Shown here one piece after another: positions 40,582 through 50,739 of a stretch of DNA of 64,000 nucleotides; positions within the stretch are counted from its first letter, which is position 1; every line of letters begins with the position of its first letter. Where the stretch lies: positions 3,392,001 through 3,456,000 of the forward strand of contig CBDCJH010000002.1 in NCBI GenBank assembly GCA_965217775.1, read 5' to 3'. The position numbers and the translations under genes were made by a program. This DNA is from Acidobacteriota bacterium (lineage in GTDB: Bacteria > Acidobacteriota > UBA6911 > RPQK01 > JAJDTT01). Under the pieces are notes generated by a model, which saw only the letters and a program-made list of their open reading frames with translations, did no database searches and had not been told where the DNA came from.

Positions 40582-41517
40582 ATGAGTTCCCGATCCGGCC
40601 CGCCGCCACTCCAACGGGGCATCATCTCCGTCATCCAGACTCCCTTCGATTCCCAGGGCGCCGTGGACCAGTCCTCGCTGGACAACCTGGTGGAGGACGC
40701 CATCGCAGGGGGCGTGAACGGCTTCATGGTTCCGGCGGTGGCCAGCGAGGTCGCCTGCCTCACCTCTGATGAGCGCTCCGGCATCGTCCGCCGTGTCACC
40801 GAGATCGTGGCCGGGCGTGTCCCCATCATCGTGGGAGCCTCCGAAACCCGGCCTCGCGTCTGTATCGAGCAGGCCCATCTGGCCCGGGAGGTCGGGGCCG
40901 CCGCTTACATGGTGGCGGTGCCCACCGAGCTGTATCAAGAACCGGAAAAGGTGGAACCGTTCTTTCGGGAGGTGGTCGAGGGCGCGGGGGACTTTCCCCT
41001 GATGCTGCAGGATCTGGACTTCACCGGCGCGGGTCTGGAACCTGGAATGATCCGCCGGCTCACCCAGGTGCTTCCCAGCCTGTCTTCGCTCAAGATCGAG
41101 TCGAACCCGGCCGGTCCCAAGTACACGGACATCCGGGAAATCTGCGGGAGCGAGATGTTCCTGGCCGGAGGATGGGCCATCGCCCAGATGATCGAGGCGC
41201 TGGATCGCGGAGTGGACGCCATGATTCCCGAATGTTCCATGGTTCGGGTCTGGTCAGCCGTCGACCGCTGTTATCGCAATGGACGACGGCAGGAAGCGAT
41301 CCGAATCTTCAATCGTGTCCAGCCCGTCGTGGGTTTTACCCACCAGGACCTGTTGGTGGCCATCGCTTTCGGAAAACGGCTGCTGGTGCGAAAAGGCATC
41401 TTCGCCACCGACCGCATGCGGCTCGGAGATTTCCGGTGGGATCGGTACAACGGCCGTGTCGCCGACGAGCTCATCGACGACTACTTGGAACTGGAGGCAT
41501 CCGTCTCCTCTGCCTGA
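40582..41517 (+). CDS. Dihydrodipicolinate synthase/N-acetylneuraminate lyase family protein (divergent)
   Basis: TPF...G.VD, L..DER, RVPIIVG, Schiff-base Lys in LKIES. Confidence 0.8.
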   Translation: MSSRSGPPPLQRGIISVIQTPFDSQGAVDQSSLDNLVEDAIAGGVNGFMVPAVASEVACLTSDERSGIVRRVTEIVAGRVPIIVGASETRPRVCIEQAHLAREVGAAAYMVAVPTELYQEPEKVEPFFREVVEGAGDFPLMLQDLDFTGAGLEPGMIRRLTQVLPSLSSLKIESNPAGPKYTDIREICGSEMFLAGGWAIAQMIEALDRGVDAMIPECSMVRVWSAVDRCYRNGRRQEAIRIFNRVQPVVGFTHQDLLVAIAFGKRLLVRKGIFATDRMRLGDFRWDRYNGRVADELIDDYLELEASVSSA

Positions 41518-41526
41518 GCCCCAGGA

Positions 41527-43923
41527 ATGGAGAGTCTCATGAATGGAACCGGAACGGCTCGTGGTCTGGACCGATGGGTCCCAGTTCCGCTTGGCCTGCT
41601 TTTGGTCTTTGCCGGGCTCAGTGCCGGCCCTGTAGAGGCCTCCACCCCCGCCCCGGCAGGCGCCCCGAGCTGCGCCATCGTTCTGGGATCCCAGGCGCCG
41701 GAATTGGAGCGCTACGCCGCCCGCGAACTGCGCCGCTACCTGAGCGACCTGTACGGCATCCAGGCGGTCCCTCTCACTACCATTTCCCCTGAGGCGGACG
41801 TCAACCTGATCCTGGGCAGCCCGGGGACGAACCGGTCCGTCTCCCTGCTGATGGGCGAGCAGGGATGGCCCCAGGTCAGCGATCAGGGATTCGTCTTGAA
41901 GACCGTCTCCTGGAACGGCAAGCCGGCGGTGGTCGTGGGGGGAGGCAGCCCGGCGGCCACGCTCTGGGCCGTTTACGACTTGCTGGAGAACCTGGGCGTG
42001 CGGTTCCTCCTGGAAAAGGACGTGCTTCCCGCGAGTCCGGCCCAGTTCCCCCCCCGGGGCCTGGACCAGGTCCGGGAGCCACGCTTTCGTTTCCGCTCCT
42101 ACCGGGCCATCAACAACTTGGCGACGTCGCTCATCTTCTACGGAATGGACGACTACCGGCACCTCATCGATCAGTTGGCCAAGTTGAAGTTCAACGTCCT
42201 GTACTGTCAGATCTATCCCCACCAGCCCTTCGTCCATTTTCAATTTCGGGATCAGCCCAAGACGACCGGCGTGTTCCACTACGGATGGAAGGTGCCGATT
42301 CATGGCGAGACCATCGGGCGCGAGCTCTTCGGGGGGCGCAACGAGCTGGTGAACCCCGACATGGTCGGGGCCGAGACCTACGAGGAACGGGTTCGCGCCG
42401 CCCAGAAGCTCCTGCACGACCTGTTGGCCTACGCCAAGAGCCGGGGGATGAAGACCGGCATCAACTTCCGGATCAACCAGTTCACCAACGAGTTCAACTG
42501 GCGGCTCCCCGAATGGTCCGACCGGGAGTACGTCCCACGGGATTTGATGAAGGGCACGCACAACGGCCGGCTGGGCATCTCCGAGTACGGCGTCGACCCC
42601 ACGGCCTTCCCCTACATGACGCCGGACAACCCGGTGGTCACCGGTCTGAACAAGGCCATCATCCGGGCTCACATCAACACCTATCCGGAGGCGGACTTCT
42701 ACGGCCTGACCCAGCCCGAGAATCCGGGAGGCGGCGAGTATTACAAGGCCATGTGGAAGCGGCTGGACCGCAAATACAAGCTGGAGCCCCGATTCAGTCT
42801 GGAACGGATGGAGGAGTCGGCCCGAACCCATACCCTGCCCGTGGGCGTCCGCAGCCCAGGCCGGCCCCTGTATGAACTCAAGGGGGCCATCGCCAACGCC
42901 GACACTCTGGACAAGCTTCTCAACGAGGAGCGGATCCTGGAAGGGACTGCCAATCCGGACGCCACCGTCGTGGTCGCCACCTTCAGCGACGAGTTCTACC
43001 CGGTCATGCTCAAGATCTTCCCGGAACGTTCGCTGCTTCTGGTCCGGATGGACTACCTGACCTCGCTGGCGGCCCGCCGCACGGAGATGCTGTCCTTTGC
43101 CGGCGAGCATCCGGGACAGGTGGCCACTCTGGCGACTCTGGCGGACGACAACGTCGGCATCCTGCCCCAGCTCCCCACGCAGCCGCTCCACCGCATTATG
43201 CAGGCCATGGAACGGTACGGCGTTCACGGCTTCTTCGGCCGGCAGTTCCTGGTGACCAAGCTGGAAGCGGGAACGGCTTATCTGGCCCAGGCCTCCTGGT
43301 CCTCCGAGGTGACTCCCGAATCGGTCTATCGGGACCAGGTGGAACAGGTCTGCGGTGCGGATGCCGTCCCCGAGATGATGGAGTTCTACCGGACCCTGGA
43401 AAGGGCCACGGCCCGGGGGGACGAGATCGCCATGGGGTTCCTCTTTCCGGTCACCCGGATGATGCGCAAGCATTGGCACAGCCTGCAGGGTCCGGTCCCG
43501 GAATGGAACGAACTGAAGGCCTTCTACGTGGAGGCCGTCCCCCTGCTGGAGTCCGCTCTGGAGAAGACGCGGCCCGAGGGACGGAGCTATCTGGAGCAGC
43601 TCCTGGGGCAGGTCCGTTTCGGCGTCGACTACATCGAAGCCGTGCAGACGGTTCGCCGGGCCCGGGTCGAATACGACCTCTCCCAGCAGGCCTTCGTCGA
43701 GAAAGACGCCCGCAGCTTCGAGAAGCGGATCCGGGGAGCCCACGGGAGATTGGAGAGGGCGGTGGAGCTCCTCGGTTCGGGGATCCGGTCCTGGGCCGGC
43801 GCCGTCCGCGATCCTTCCGATCTGGGGGCCCTGGGCGTCCTCAACTACTTCTGCCGCGACTACCTCAAGGGGGTCGCCCTGGACGTCTACCTGGAAGCGG
43901 AAAACTGGAGAATGAAATTCTAA
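41527..43923 (+). CDS. Large secreted hypothetical protein with GH20/GH67-like N-terminal domain
   Basis: Signal peptide, ERYAARELRRYL, QGFVLK, ATLWAVYDLLE.LGVRF, P.FRFR, IDQLAKLKFN. Confidence 0.6.
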   Translation: MESLMNGTGTARGLDRWVPVPLGLLLVFAGLSAGPVEASTPAPAGAPSCAIVLGSQAPELERYAARELRRYLSDLYGIQAVPLTTISPEADVNLILGSPGTNRSVSLLMGEQGWPQVSDQGFVLKTVSWNGKPAVVVGGGSPAATLWAVYDLLENLGVRFLLEKDVLPASPAQFPPRGLDQVREPRFRFRSYRAINNLATSLIFYGMDDYRHLIDQLAKLKFNVLYCQIYPHQPFVHFQFRDQPKTTGVFHYGWKVPIHGETIGRELFGGRNELVNPDMVGAETYEERVRAAQKLLHDLLAYAKSRGMKTGINFRINQFTNEFNWRLPEWSDREYVPRDLMKGTHNGRLGISEYGVDPTAFPYMTPDNPVVTGLNKAIIRAHINTYPEADFYGLTQPENPGGGEYYKAMWKRLDRKYKLEPRFSLERMEESARTHTLPVGVRSPGRPLYELKGAIANADTLDKLLNEERILEGTANPDATVVVATFSDEFYPVMLKIFPERSLLLVRMDYLTSLAARRTEMLSFAGEHPGQVATLATLADDNVGILPQLPTQPLHRIMQAMERYGVHGFFGRQFLVTKLEAGTAYLAQASWSSEVTPESVYRDQVEQVCGADAVPEMMEFYRTLERATARGDEIAMGFLFPVTRMMRKHWHSLQGPVPEWNELKAFYVEAVPLLESALEKTRPEGRSYLEQLLGQVRFGVDYIEAVQTVRRARVEYDLSQQAFVEKDARSFEKRIRGAHGRLERAVELLGSGIRSWAGAVRDPSDLGALGVLNYFCRDYLKGVALDVYLEAENWRMKF

Positions 43924-43938
43924 CGGGATAGGGAATCG

Positions 43939-44997
43939 ATGAAATCGAGAATCTTTTCGGCCGACGAGTTGAGGGATCTGGCCCGGCGCATCTTCGCCGC
44001 CGCCGGCTCCAGTGAGCGGGAGGCGCTCAAAATTGCCACCCGCCTGGTGAAAAGCAACCTGGTGGGACACGACTCCCACGGGGTCATCCGAATCCCGCGC
44101 TACTGGGAGTGGATCAAGAAGGGCCTGGTCCTGCCCAACCGGAAAGTGACGTTCGTGTTGGACCGGGGTCCGATCGTGGTGCTCGACGGGAACAGCGGCT
44201 TCGGACAGTCGACCGGAGAGCAGACCATGGAGATCGCCATCGACCGGGCCCGGCGCCACGGTTGCAGCCTGGTGGGACTCCGAAACACGGGACACCTGGG
44301 GCGGATCGGCGATTGGCCCGAGATGGCGACTGCCGCCGGGATGCTCAGCCTGCACTTCGTGAACACCAGCGGAATGGGTAATCTGGTGGCGCCCTACGGC
44401 GGCAAGGACCGGCGCCTCTCCGCCAATCCCATCGCCTTCGGCGTTCCTCAGCGAGCGGGCCCTCCCCTGATCATGGACATGTCCGCCTGCATGATCGCCG
44501 AAGGGAAGGTCCGGGTGGCTCTCCACAAGGGCGTGCGAGTCCCCGACGGGTGCCTCATCGACTCGGAGGGCCGTCCCACCAACGATCCCGAACTCTTCTA
44601 CCGGCATCCTCCCGGTTCCATACTCCCCATTGCGGGACACAAGGGCTACATCCTGAGCTTCATGATCGAAATCCTGGCGGGAGCCCTCACCGGCGGATCG
44701 TGCACCAATCCCGCCTACGCCCACCAACTGGCCAACGGCATGTTCATCATCGTCATCGACCGGAGCTGGTTCGCGGACCGTGACGAGTTCTTCGACGAGG
44801 TCGACCGGTACGTCCGGTACGTGAAGAGTTCCCGCACCATCGATCCCGACGGTGAGATCCTCGTCCCCGGCGAGTTGGAGGTGCGCACGTCGGAGCGGCG
44901 GACGCGGGAGGGAGTTCCGCTGGCCGGGACCACCATCGGGCAGATCCTTCAAGTCTGCGAAGAGCTGAATATCGACTCGGGTTGGGAAACCGGCTGA
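43939..44997 (+). CDS. Ldh_2 family (malate/lactate/ureidoglycolate; YbiC-like) dehydrogenase
   Basis: GHDSHG, GHLGRIG, NPIAFG, GHKGY, PGE.E. Confidence 0.92.
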   Translation: MKSRIFSADELRDLARRIFAAAGSSEREALKIATRLVKSNLVGHDSHGVIRIPRYWEWIKKGLVLPNRKVTFVLDRGPIVVLDGNSGFGQSTGEQTMEIAIDRARRHGCSLVGLRNTGHLGRIGDWPEMATAAGMLSLHFVNTSGMGNLVAPYGGKDRRLSANPIAFGVPQRAGPPLIMDMSACMIAEGKVRVALHKGVRVPDGCLIDSEGRPTNDPELFYRHPPGSILPIAGHKGYILSFMIEILAGALTGGSCTNPAYAHQLANGMFIIVIDRSWFADRDEFFDEVDRYVRYVKSSRTIDPDGEILVPGELEVRTSERRTREGVPLAGTTIGQILQVCEELNIDSGWETG

Positions 44998-45036
44998 CCG
45001 GACCGGTTCCTTCCCGTCCTCTCCGATAGATTCGCC

Positions 45037-45957
45037 ATGGGCCTGATGGATTGGATCAAGGCAGCCGACTATGACGCGGCCCTGCCCACCATCTCGAAGC
45101 TGCCCCGCGCTCTGGCCTACGACTTGGCCGATCTCCGGGGAAAATTGCTGACCTACTCGCGCCGGGACTCCTTTGCCTGGGCCTCGCGCAACGTCGAGTC
45201 GGTGTTTCCCCACCTCGATGCGGGTGAGCGCCGGCGGATCGTCAGCGGCCACTACCAGGTCGAATCCCGCGACGCGATGGAGGCGTTCTGGTACTCCAAG
45301 CCGCTGAGCCATCTCCAATCCTTCGTCCGTTGCAGCGGGCTGGACACCCTCCGGGAAGCCGCATCCTCCGGGGACGGTGTTCTCCTTTTTTCCAGCCACA
45401 TGGGGAGTACCGGCCTCTTCCTCGTCTTCGCCGGCAAGAGCGGAGTCCCCATGAACATCGTCGCGCGGTCCATCGAGCCCGAAGACAATCCCCTGCACCC
45501 CGCGGTGCTCCGCTACAGCAGGAAGCGGGTCCGTTGGATCGAAACGGCCATCGGGCATCCCCTTCTCGTAACCGGACGCGGGAACTACTCCCGGCTGGTG
45601 GAGAAACTTCGAGCCGGCGGGGTCGTCATGATGCTGATCGATGTCCTACCCACCCTGGCCAACCCGAAATACACGACGAAAGTCACCTTCTTCGGCCGGC
45701 GGGCCTGGTTCCCCAACGGCATCGCCAGCCTCTTCTTCACCACCGGATCCCGCCTTTTTCACTGGAGGATCCACAGAAACCAGGAGACGGGATACCAGGA
45801 GATCGAGATCTCCGAAGTGACCGACACTTTTCGCCCGGCCGCCGACCGGGCGCAATTCATGCAAAAGCTGGTGGGACTGCTGGAACAGGACATTCGCCGA
45901 TATCCCGATCACTGGCTGAGCTGGGACTCGCTGGGTCACTACTACCGGAAACCGTAA
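45037..45957 (+). CDS. Lipid A lauroyl/lysophospholipid acyltransferase family
   Basis: LFSSHMG, LID, V.FFGR.A, IR.YPDHW.W. Confidence 0.75.
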   Translation: MGLMDWIKAADYDAALPTISKLPRALAYDLADLRGKLLTYSRRDSFAWASRNVESVFPHLDAGERRRIVSGHYQVESRDAMEAFWYSKPLSHLQSFVRCSGLDTLREAASSGDGVLLFSSHMGSTGLFLVFAGKSGVPMNIVARSIEPEDNPLHPAVLRYSRKRVRWIETAIGHPLLVTGRGNYSRLVEKLRAGGVVMMLIDVLPTLANPKYTTKVTFFGRRAWFPNGIASLFFTTGSRLFHWRIHRNQETGYQEIEISEVTDTFRPAADRAQFMQKLVGLLEQDIRRYPDHWLSWDSLGHYYRKP

Positions 45958-46092
45958 CGATAGGAGTCCAATGCGCCGTCCCCGATTCCAATTCGGGTGT
46001 CCCCTTCGACCCGTCTACCGCGCTTGCCGGAACGAATCGATCGACCGATCCGTATACCCTGAGAGACCGGTTCATTGGCAAATAGCGGCACC

Positions 46093-46524
46093 ATGACCCG
46101 ATGGATGGCCTTGGACGTGGGGTCCAAGCGATGCGGGGTTGCCGTGACCGACCCTCTGAAGCTGACGTCGCGTCCCTTGCTCACCTTTGAACGAGAAAGC
46201 TTGGAGAGGGATGTCGAAATGCTCACCGGGCTCATGCGCAAATACCAGGTGGAGAGGCTGATCGTGGGGCAGCCCCGGCACCTGAGCGGCCGGCCCAGCC
46301 CCATCGAACAAGCCGCCATCCCCCTGGTGGCCCGTTTGCGCAGGCAGGGGACGGTTCCGGTCGAGTGGATGGACGAACGCCTCTCGACCAAGGAGGCGGA
46401 ATCGATCATGCGGGAACTGCGGATCCCGCCCCACCGGCGGCGACAGAAGAAGGACGAGTTCTCGGCGGCAGTGATTCTGAAATGGTATCTGGAGGAGAGG
46501 GCGTCTCCCGGATTCCCCGGGTGA
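46093..46524 (+). CDS. ruvX: YqgF/RuvX pre-16S rRNA nuclease
   Basis: MALDVGSKRCGVAVTD, DERLST, D..SA.VIL..YL. Confidence 0.93.
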   Translation: MTRWMALDVGSKRCGVAVTDPLKLTSRPLLTFERESLERDVEMLTGLMRKYQVERLIVGQPRHLSGRPSPIEQAAIPLVARLRRQGTVPVEWMDERLSTKEAESIMRELRIPPHRRRQKKDEFSAAVILKWYLEERASPGFPG

Positions 46525-47519
46525 TTCGCGGACTGACGATCGCGATCCTGATTCTGGCCGGGACCGTTCTGGCCGCGGTCAACTGGTGGGAGTCTCGCGT
46601 CAGCGAACCTTATCTGGGACGTTCGACGGAAAACCGGCTTCTGACGGTCCCCTTCGGATCTTCGGTGAGAAGCATCGGCCAACTGCTCCAGGGCTCGGAC
46701 ATCATTCGTTCCGACCTCATTTTTGCAGCCTATGTCCGAATGAGCGGTCCCGACCCGCTCCAGGCGGGGGAATACCTTTTCGAGAATCCCATCAGCCTGA
46801 CCCAAGTGGTGCGGATGCTGAGGGAGGGACGGGTTCACCATTATCGCATCACGATCCCCGAAGGATTGACCATGGACGAGATCATCGACCGTTTCGTCCG
46901 GGAGGGATTGGGACAACGGCCCGAGTTGGAGCCTCTCATCGGGCGGACCGACCTTCTGGGCGGCCTGGATCCCGAGGCCACGGACCTGGAGGGATACCTC
47001 TTCCCCGACACCTATCACTTCACGCGTGCGCACCAGGAACCGGCGCTGGTCTCGGCGCTGGTGACCCGCTTCATGGAGGTCTGGACCCCCCTGCGACAGA
47101 AGCGCGCCGATGAACTGGGCCTCACCATTCGGGAAGTGATCACTCTGGCCTCCCTCATCGAGAAGGAGACGGCGCTCCCTGCCGAGCGGCCCCTGGTGTC
47201 CGCCGTGTTTCACAACCGGCTCCGGCGGAACCTCAAGCTGGATTGCGACCCCACCGTCATTTACGCCATCCGCAAAACCGGCGAATACGACGGAGTGCTT
47301 CACCAGAGCGATCTGGCCCTGGACTCTCCGTACAACACCTATCTCTACCCGGGCCTCCCTCCCGGCCCCATCGCCAACCCCGGGACCGCTTCCATCGATG
47401 CGGCACTGAATCCGGCGCCGGTCAGGCACCTCTACTTCGTCTCCAAGAACGACGGCAGCCACGTCTTCTCCACCAGCTACCGGGAACACCGGCGGGCCGT
47501 GCGCCGGTACCAGCGCTGA
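46482..47519 (+). CDS. mltG: Endolytic transglycosylase MltG
   Basis: TIPEG, LEGYLFPDTY, LASLIEKE, SPYNTY..PGLPPGPI; start approximate. Confidence 0.95.
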   Translation: MVSGGEGVSRIPRVIRGLTIAILILAGTVLAAVNWWESRVSEPYLGRSTENRLLTVPFGSSVRSIGQLLQGSDIIRSDLIFAAYVRMSGPDPLQAGEYLFENPISLTQVVRMLREGRVHHYRITIPEGLTMDEIIDRFVREGLGQRPELEPLIGRTDLLGGLDPEATDLEGYLFPDTYHFTRAHQEPALVSALVTRFMEVWTPLRQKRADELGLTIREVITLASLIEKETALPAERPLVSAVFHNRLRRNLKLDCDPTVIYAIRKTGEYDGVLHQSDLALDSPYNTYLYPGLPPGPIANPGTASIDAALNPAPVRHLYFVSKNDGSHVFSTSYREHRRAVRRYQR

Positions 47520-47608
47520 CTCGCAACTCGGAAGCGGCGAATCCCCGCCTCCAATTGGTTCAGCAGTCCGCCCCGGGCTGATAGACTGTCAACCAGGGAA
47601 CAGCCGGT

Positions 47609-48175
47609 ATGGGACACAAGCTGGTCTGGACGTCATTGACCCTCCTGGCTCTGGCCGCGACGCAGGTCGACGCGCAGAAGAGATTCGAACCTCCGATGCG
47701 CCTGGGCGTCCCGTTTCCGGCGGCGTGGAAGGCCATGCTGGAAGTCCTGCAAAGCCAGAAATGGAACCTGGTCAAGAAGGACAGGGGAAGGGGCGAGATC
47801 CTGACCGGCTACCGGGATTACATGTCGGGCCCCTTGACGGCCGGACATCTCGACAAGATCGGAGTCCGTCCCCGGCTGCCCGACGGGGAGTGGGTTCGGG
47901 TCCGCTATCGTTACGATCTGTCGGTCAGTCTGATCCGGGAGCGTCAGACCACGGTCACCGTCGACAGCGACATCCAGGCACTCAAACGCGATTTTCTGGG
48001 CCGTGAGGAGTGGGTGGAAATCGATTCCACCGGCCGGGTGGAGAAGCAGTTGCTGACTGCTTTCGGACAAGCCCTGTACGGCGCCGACTTCTCCCTGGAC
48101 AAGCGTCGCAAGGGTATTCTGGGGCTGCCTCCAATCGGGGAAGGGCCCACCCCCGCGAAGCCACCCGGAAATTGA
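47609..48175 (+). CDS. Secreted hypothetical protein
   Basis: Signal peptide, host-like codon usage, operon position. Confidence 0.6.
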   Translation: MGHKLVWTSLTLLALAATQVDAQKRFEPPMRLGVPFPAAWKAMLEVLQSQKWNLVKKDRGRGEILTGYRDYMSGPLTAGHLDKIGVRPRLPDGEWVRVRYRYDLSVSLIRERQTTVTVDSDIQALKRDFLGREEWVEIDSTGRVEKQLLTAFGQALYGADFSLDKRRKGILGLPPIGEGPTPAKPPGN

Positions 48176-48317
48176 GAGGACAAAGACGGGAGGCGCCGGG
48201 GTGATCTTGAGGACGCCCGGCGCGACCGGGACCAGGGCATCGGCGAGCAGAACTGCCGATCGCGATGCCGAGCCGGTCGAACGGTTCGAAAACCTCTTCC
48301 AAGACTGCTGAATTCCA

Positions 48318-48986
48318 ATGGATCATCCCGTCCTTCGAATCGTGGACTTTCCCCTCTGGGTTGCCCTCTGGGTTTTTCTCGTCTCTTTTCTGGTATTCCT
48401 GCTGGTGGTCCGGGCTCGAATGCGAGCCCGGAAGTTCAGCCTCAAGGATTACTTCAGGGAGGAGTTCGATCGATACTACCGGGAGAAACTCGAGAAGACC
48501 TCCAGCAAGACGCGCCAAAAAGAATCCTGGACCGCCACCCGGAGCGAGTACCGCATCGTCTTCCAGGTCATGCTGCTTTCCATTCTGTTGGCGGTCGGCT
48601 CCTTCGTGGGCGTGAGTTTCGTGCCCATCCCCTATCTCAGGAATTGGACGGGGGTCGAGTCGATCGAGACCGAGCCCCTGAGACTGGTCTCCCTCTCCTA
48701 CGATCGATTCTATACGGGATTCTCCCTCAAGGGGGAGATCTGGAATCAGGGGCAGATTCCTCTGCAGGGACTCTCGGCGCGCGTCAGGATCTGGGGACGG
48801 GATGACGTGCTGCTGCAAGAAATCCTGGCCAAGGTCAAGCCGGACGTGCTGGACCCCGAGTCTTCGGGCGCCTTCGGTTTGAAGTACTCGGAGAAGTCCC
48901 CTTCCCTGCTCTACGGCTACGAAGTGGCCTTCATCGATTCCGACGGGGTCGAGACGCCGTACATCCGGGGATTCGATGCCCCCTGA
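48318..48986 (+). CDS. Hypothetical membrane protein (2 TM plus Ig-like C-terminus)
   Basis: Two hydrophobic segments, G.I.N.G..PL motif, overlaps the next gene. Confidence 0.6.
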   Translation: MDHPVLRIVDFPLWVALWVFLVSFLVFLLVVRARMRARKFSLKDYFREEFDRYYREKLEKTSSKTRQKESWTATRSEYRIVFQVMLLSILLAVGSFVGVSFVPIPYLRNWTGVESIETEPLRLVSLSYDRFYTGFSLKGEIWNQGQIPLQGLSARVRIWGRDDVLLQEILAKVKPDVLDPESSGAFGLKYSEKSPSLLYGYEVAFIDSDGVETPYIRGFDAP

Positions 48987-50739
48987 GCCAGCCGGAACCG
49001 ATCGAGAGTGGGCCCTGACCACCTTGATCCCCTACCTGAGGCAGTACCGCGCCCGCATCGCTATCGGTGTGGCGATGGTCCTCATGACCAACGTGGCGGT
49101 GGTCATCACGCCCCAGATCCTCGGATCGGCCGTCGACGATCTCTCCGGCGGAGCCGACGCCGGTCTCCTTCTCCGCTACGCCGGACTGCTGCTGGCTCTG
49201 AGCTGCGCCGAGGGCCTTTTTCGATACCTGATGCGGTGGATCCTCATCGGCGTCTCGCGCCGGATCGAATTCGACCTGCGCAACGACCTCTTCCGGCACC
49301 TGCAGCGGCTCACGCCCTCCTTCTACCAGCGGCATTCCACGGGAGACGTGATGGCCCGGTCCACCAACGACCTGAGCGCCGTTCGAATGGTGCTGGGACC
49401 GGGCATCATGTACTCGGTCAACACCCTGTTCATGGTCATCCTTACCGTCACCATACTGATTCGGACCGATGCCGGCTTGGCTCTTCTCACCTTGGCGCCC
49501 CTCCTGCTCGTCTCCTGGTGCGTCAAGTTCTTCGGCAGGAAGATCCACCAGAGATTCGAGAAGATCCAGGAACAGTTCTCGATGCTCACGACCCTGGTTC
49601 AAGAGAACGTCTCGGGGATTCGAGTCGTCAAGGCCTACAATCAGGAATCCGCCTTCGTGGGCCGGTTTCGGGACGCCAACCGGGAATACATGAAGCGGAG
49701 CATGGCCCTGGTCAGAGTCTGGGGGGTCTTCTATCCGCTGTTGGCCTTTCTCCTGGGCCTGTCGGCCGTCTTTCTCCTCTGGTACGGCGGACGACAGGTC
49801 ATGGACGGGGCTCTGTCACTCGGCGACCTGGTCTCGTTCATCTTCTACCTGGCCCGGCTGACCTGGCCCACCATCGCCCTGGGATGGGTCATCAACACCT
49901 TCGAGCGGGGGTCCGCTTCGATGGGCAGGATCAACCGGATTCTGACGACTCAGCCGGACGTGACGGATGCGGGAACCCTTCCGGTCGAGGCCATCGAGGG
50001 TCGGGTGGAGGTCAATAGTCTCACCTTTTCCTACGACGGAATGCCGGTCTTGAAGGAGCTGGAATTCGAACTGCCCCCCGGAAACACCCTCGCCATCGTG
50101 GGCAGCACCGGCAGCGGGAAATCCACCTTGGTGCATCTTCTCTGCCGCCTCTATCCGGTGCCTCGGGGCCGGATTCTCATCGATGGGACGGACGTCAACG
50201 ACATTCCGCTGACCACTCTGCGACGGAGCATCGGCTGCGTTCCCCAGGACACGTTCCTCTTTTCCGAATCGATCCGGAACAACCTGACCTTCGGAGTCCC
50301 GGACGCCTCCGGCCAATCCATCCGGGAGGCTGCGCACACCAGCAACATCCTGAGAGAGATCCAAGGCTTCCCCGACCAGATGTCCACCTTCGTCGGTGAG
50401 AGAGGGCTGACGCTGTCAGGTGGTCAGAAACAACGGATGACCATTGCCAGAGCGCTCCTGACGGACCCCAAAATCCTGATCCTGGACGACTCGCTGTCCA
50501 GTGTGGACACCTACACGGAGGAGGAGATCCTGAAACGGCTCGCTCCCGTCATCGCCAGCAGGACCACCATCCTCATCTCCCATCGCATTTCGACGGTCAA
50601 GGGGGCAGACCAGATCCTGGTGATGGATCGAGGCCGAATCGTTCAGCGAGGCCGCCACCGCGAGTTGCTCCCGGCCGCCGGTCCCTACGCCGAAATGCAC
50701 CGGAAGCAGTTGCTGGAACAGGAGTTGGGAATCGCATGA
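48976..50739 (+). CDS. ABC exporter subunit (MdlA-like)
   Basis: TMD plus GSTGSGKST, LSGGQKQR, ILDD (degenerate site). Confidence 0.95.
   Translation: MPPEPAGTDREWALTTLIPYLRQYRARIAIGVAMVLMTNVAVVITPQILGSAVDDLSGGADAGLLLRYAGLLLALSCAEGLFRYLMRWILIGVSRRIEFDLRNDLFRHLQRLTPSFYQRHSTGDVMARSTNDLSAVRMVLGPGIMYSVNTLFMVILTVTILIRTDAGLALLTLAPLLLVSWCVKFFGRKIHQRFEKIQEQFSMLTTLVQENVSGIRVVKAYNQESAFVGRFRDANREYMKRSMALVRVWGVFYPLLAFLLGLSAVFLLWYGGRQVMDGALSLGDLVSFIFYLARLTWPTIALGWVINTFERGSASMGRINRILTTQPDVTDAGTLPVEAIEGRVEVNSLTFSYDGMPVLKELEFELPPGNTLAIVGSTGSGKSTLVHLLCRLYPVPRGRILIDGTDVNDIPLTTLRRSIGCVPQDTFLFSESIRNNLTFGVPDASGQSIREAAHTSNILREIQGFPDQMSTFVGERGLTLSGGQKQRMTIARALLTDPKILILDDSLSSVDTYTEEEILKRLAPVIASRTTILISHRISTVKGADQILVMDRGRIVQRGRHRELLPAAGPYAEMHRKQLLEQELGIA

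Noticed and set aside
41254-45558. 1434-aa minus-strand ORF (likewise 33972-36806, 59097-60797, 1993-3339 and others)
   Set aside because: Antisense shadow frames of genuine high-GC genes; no recognisable motifs
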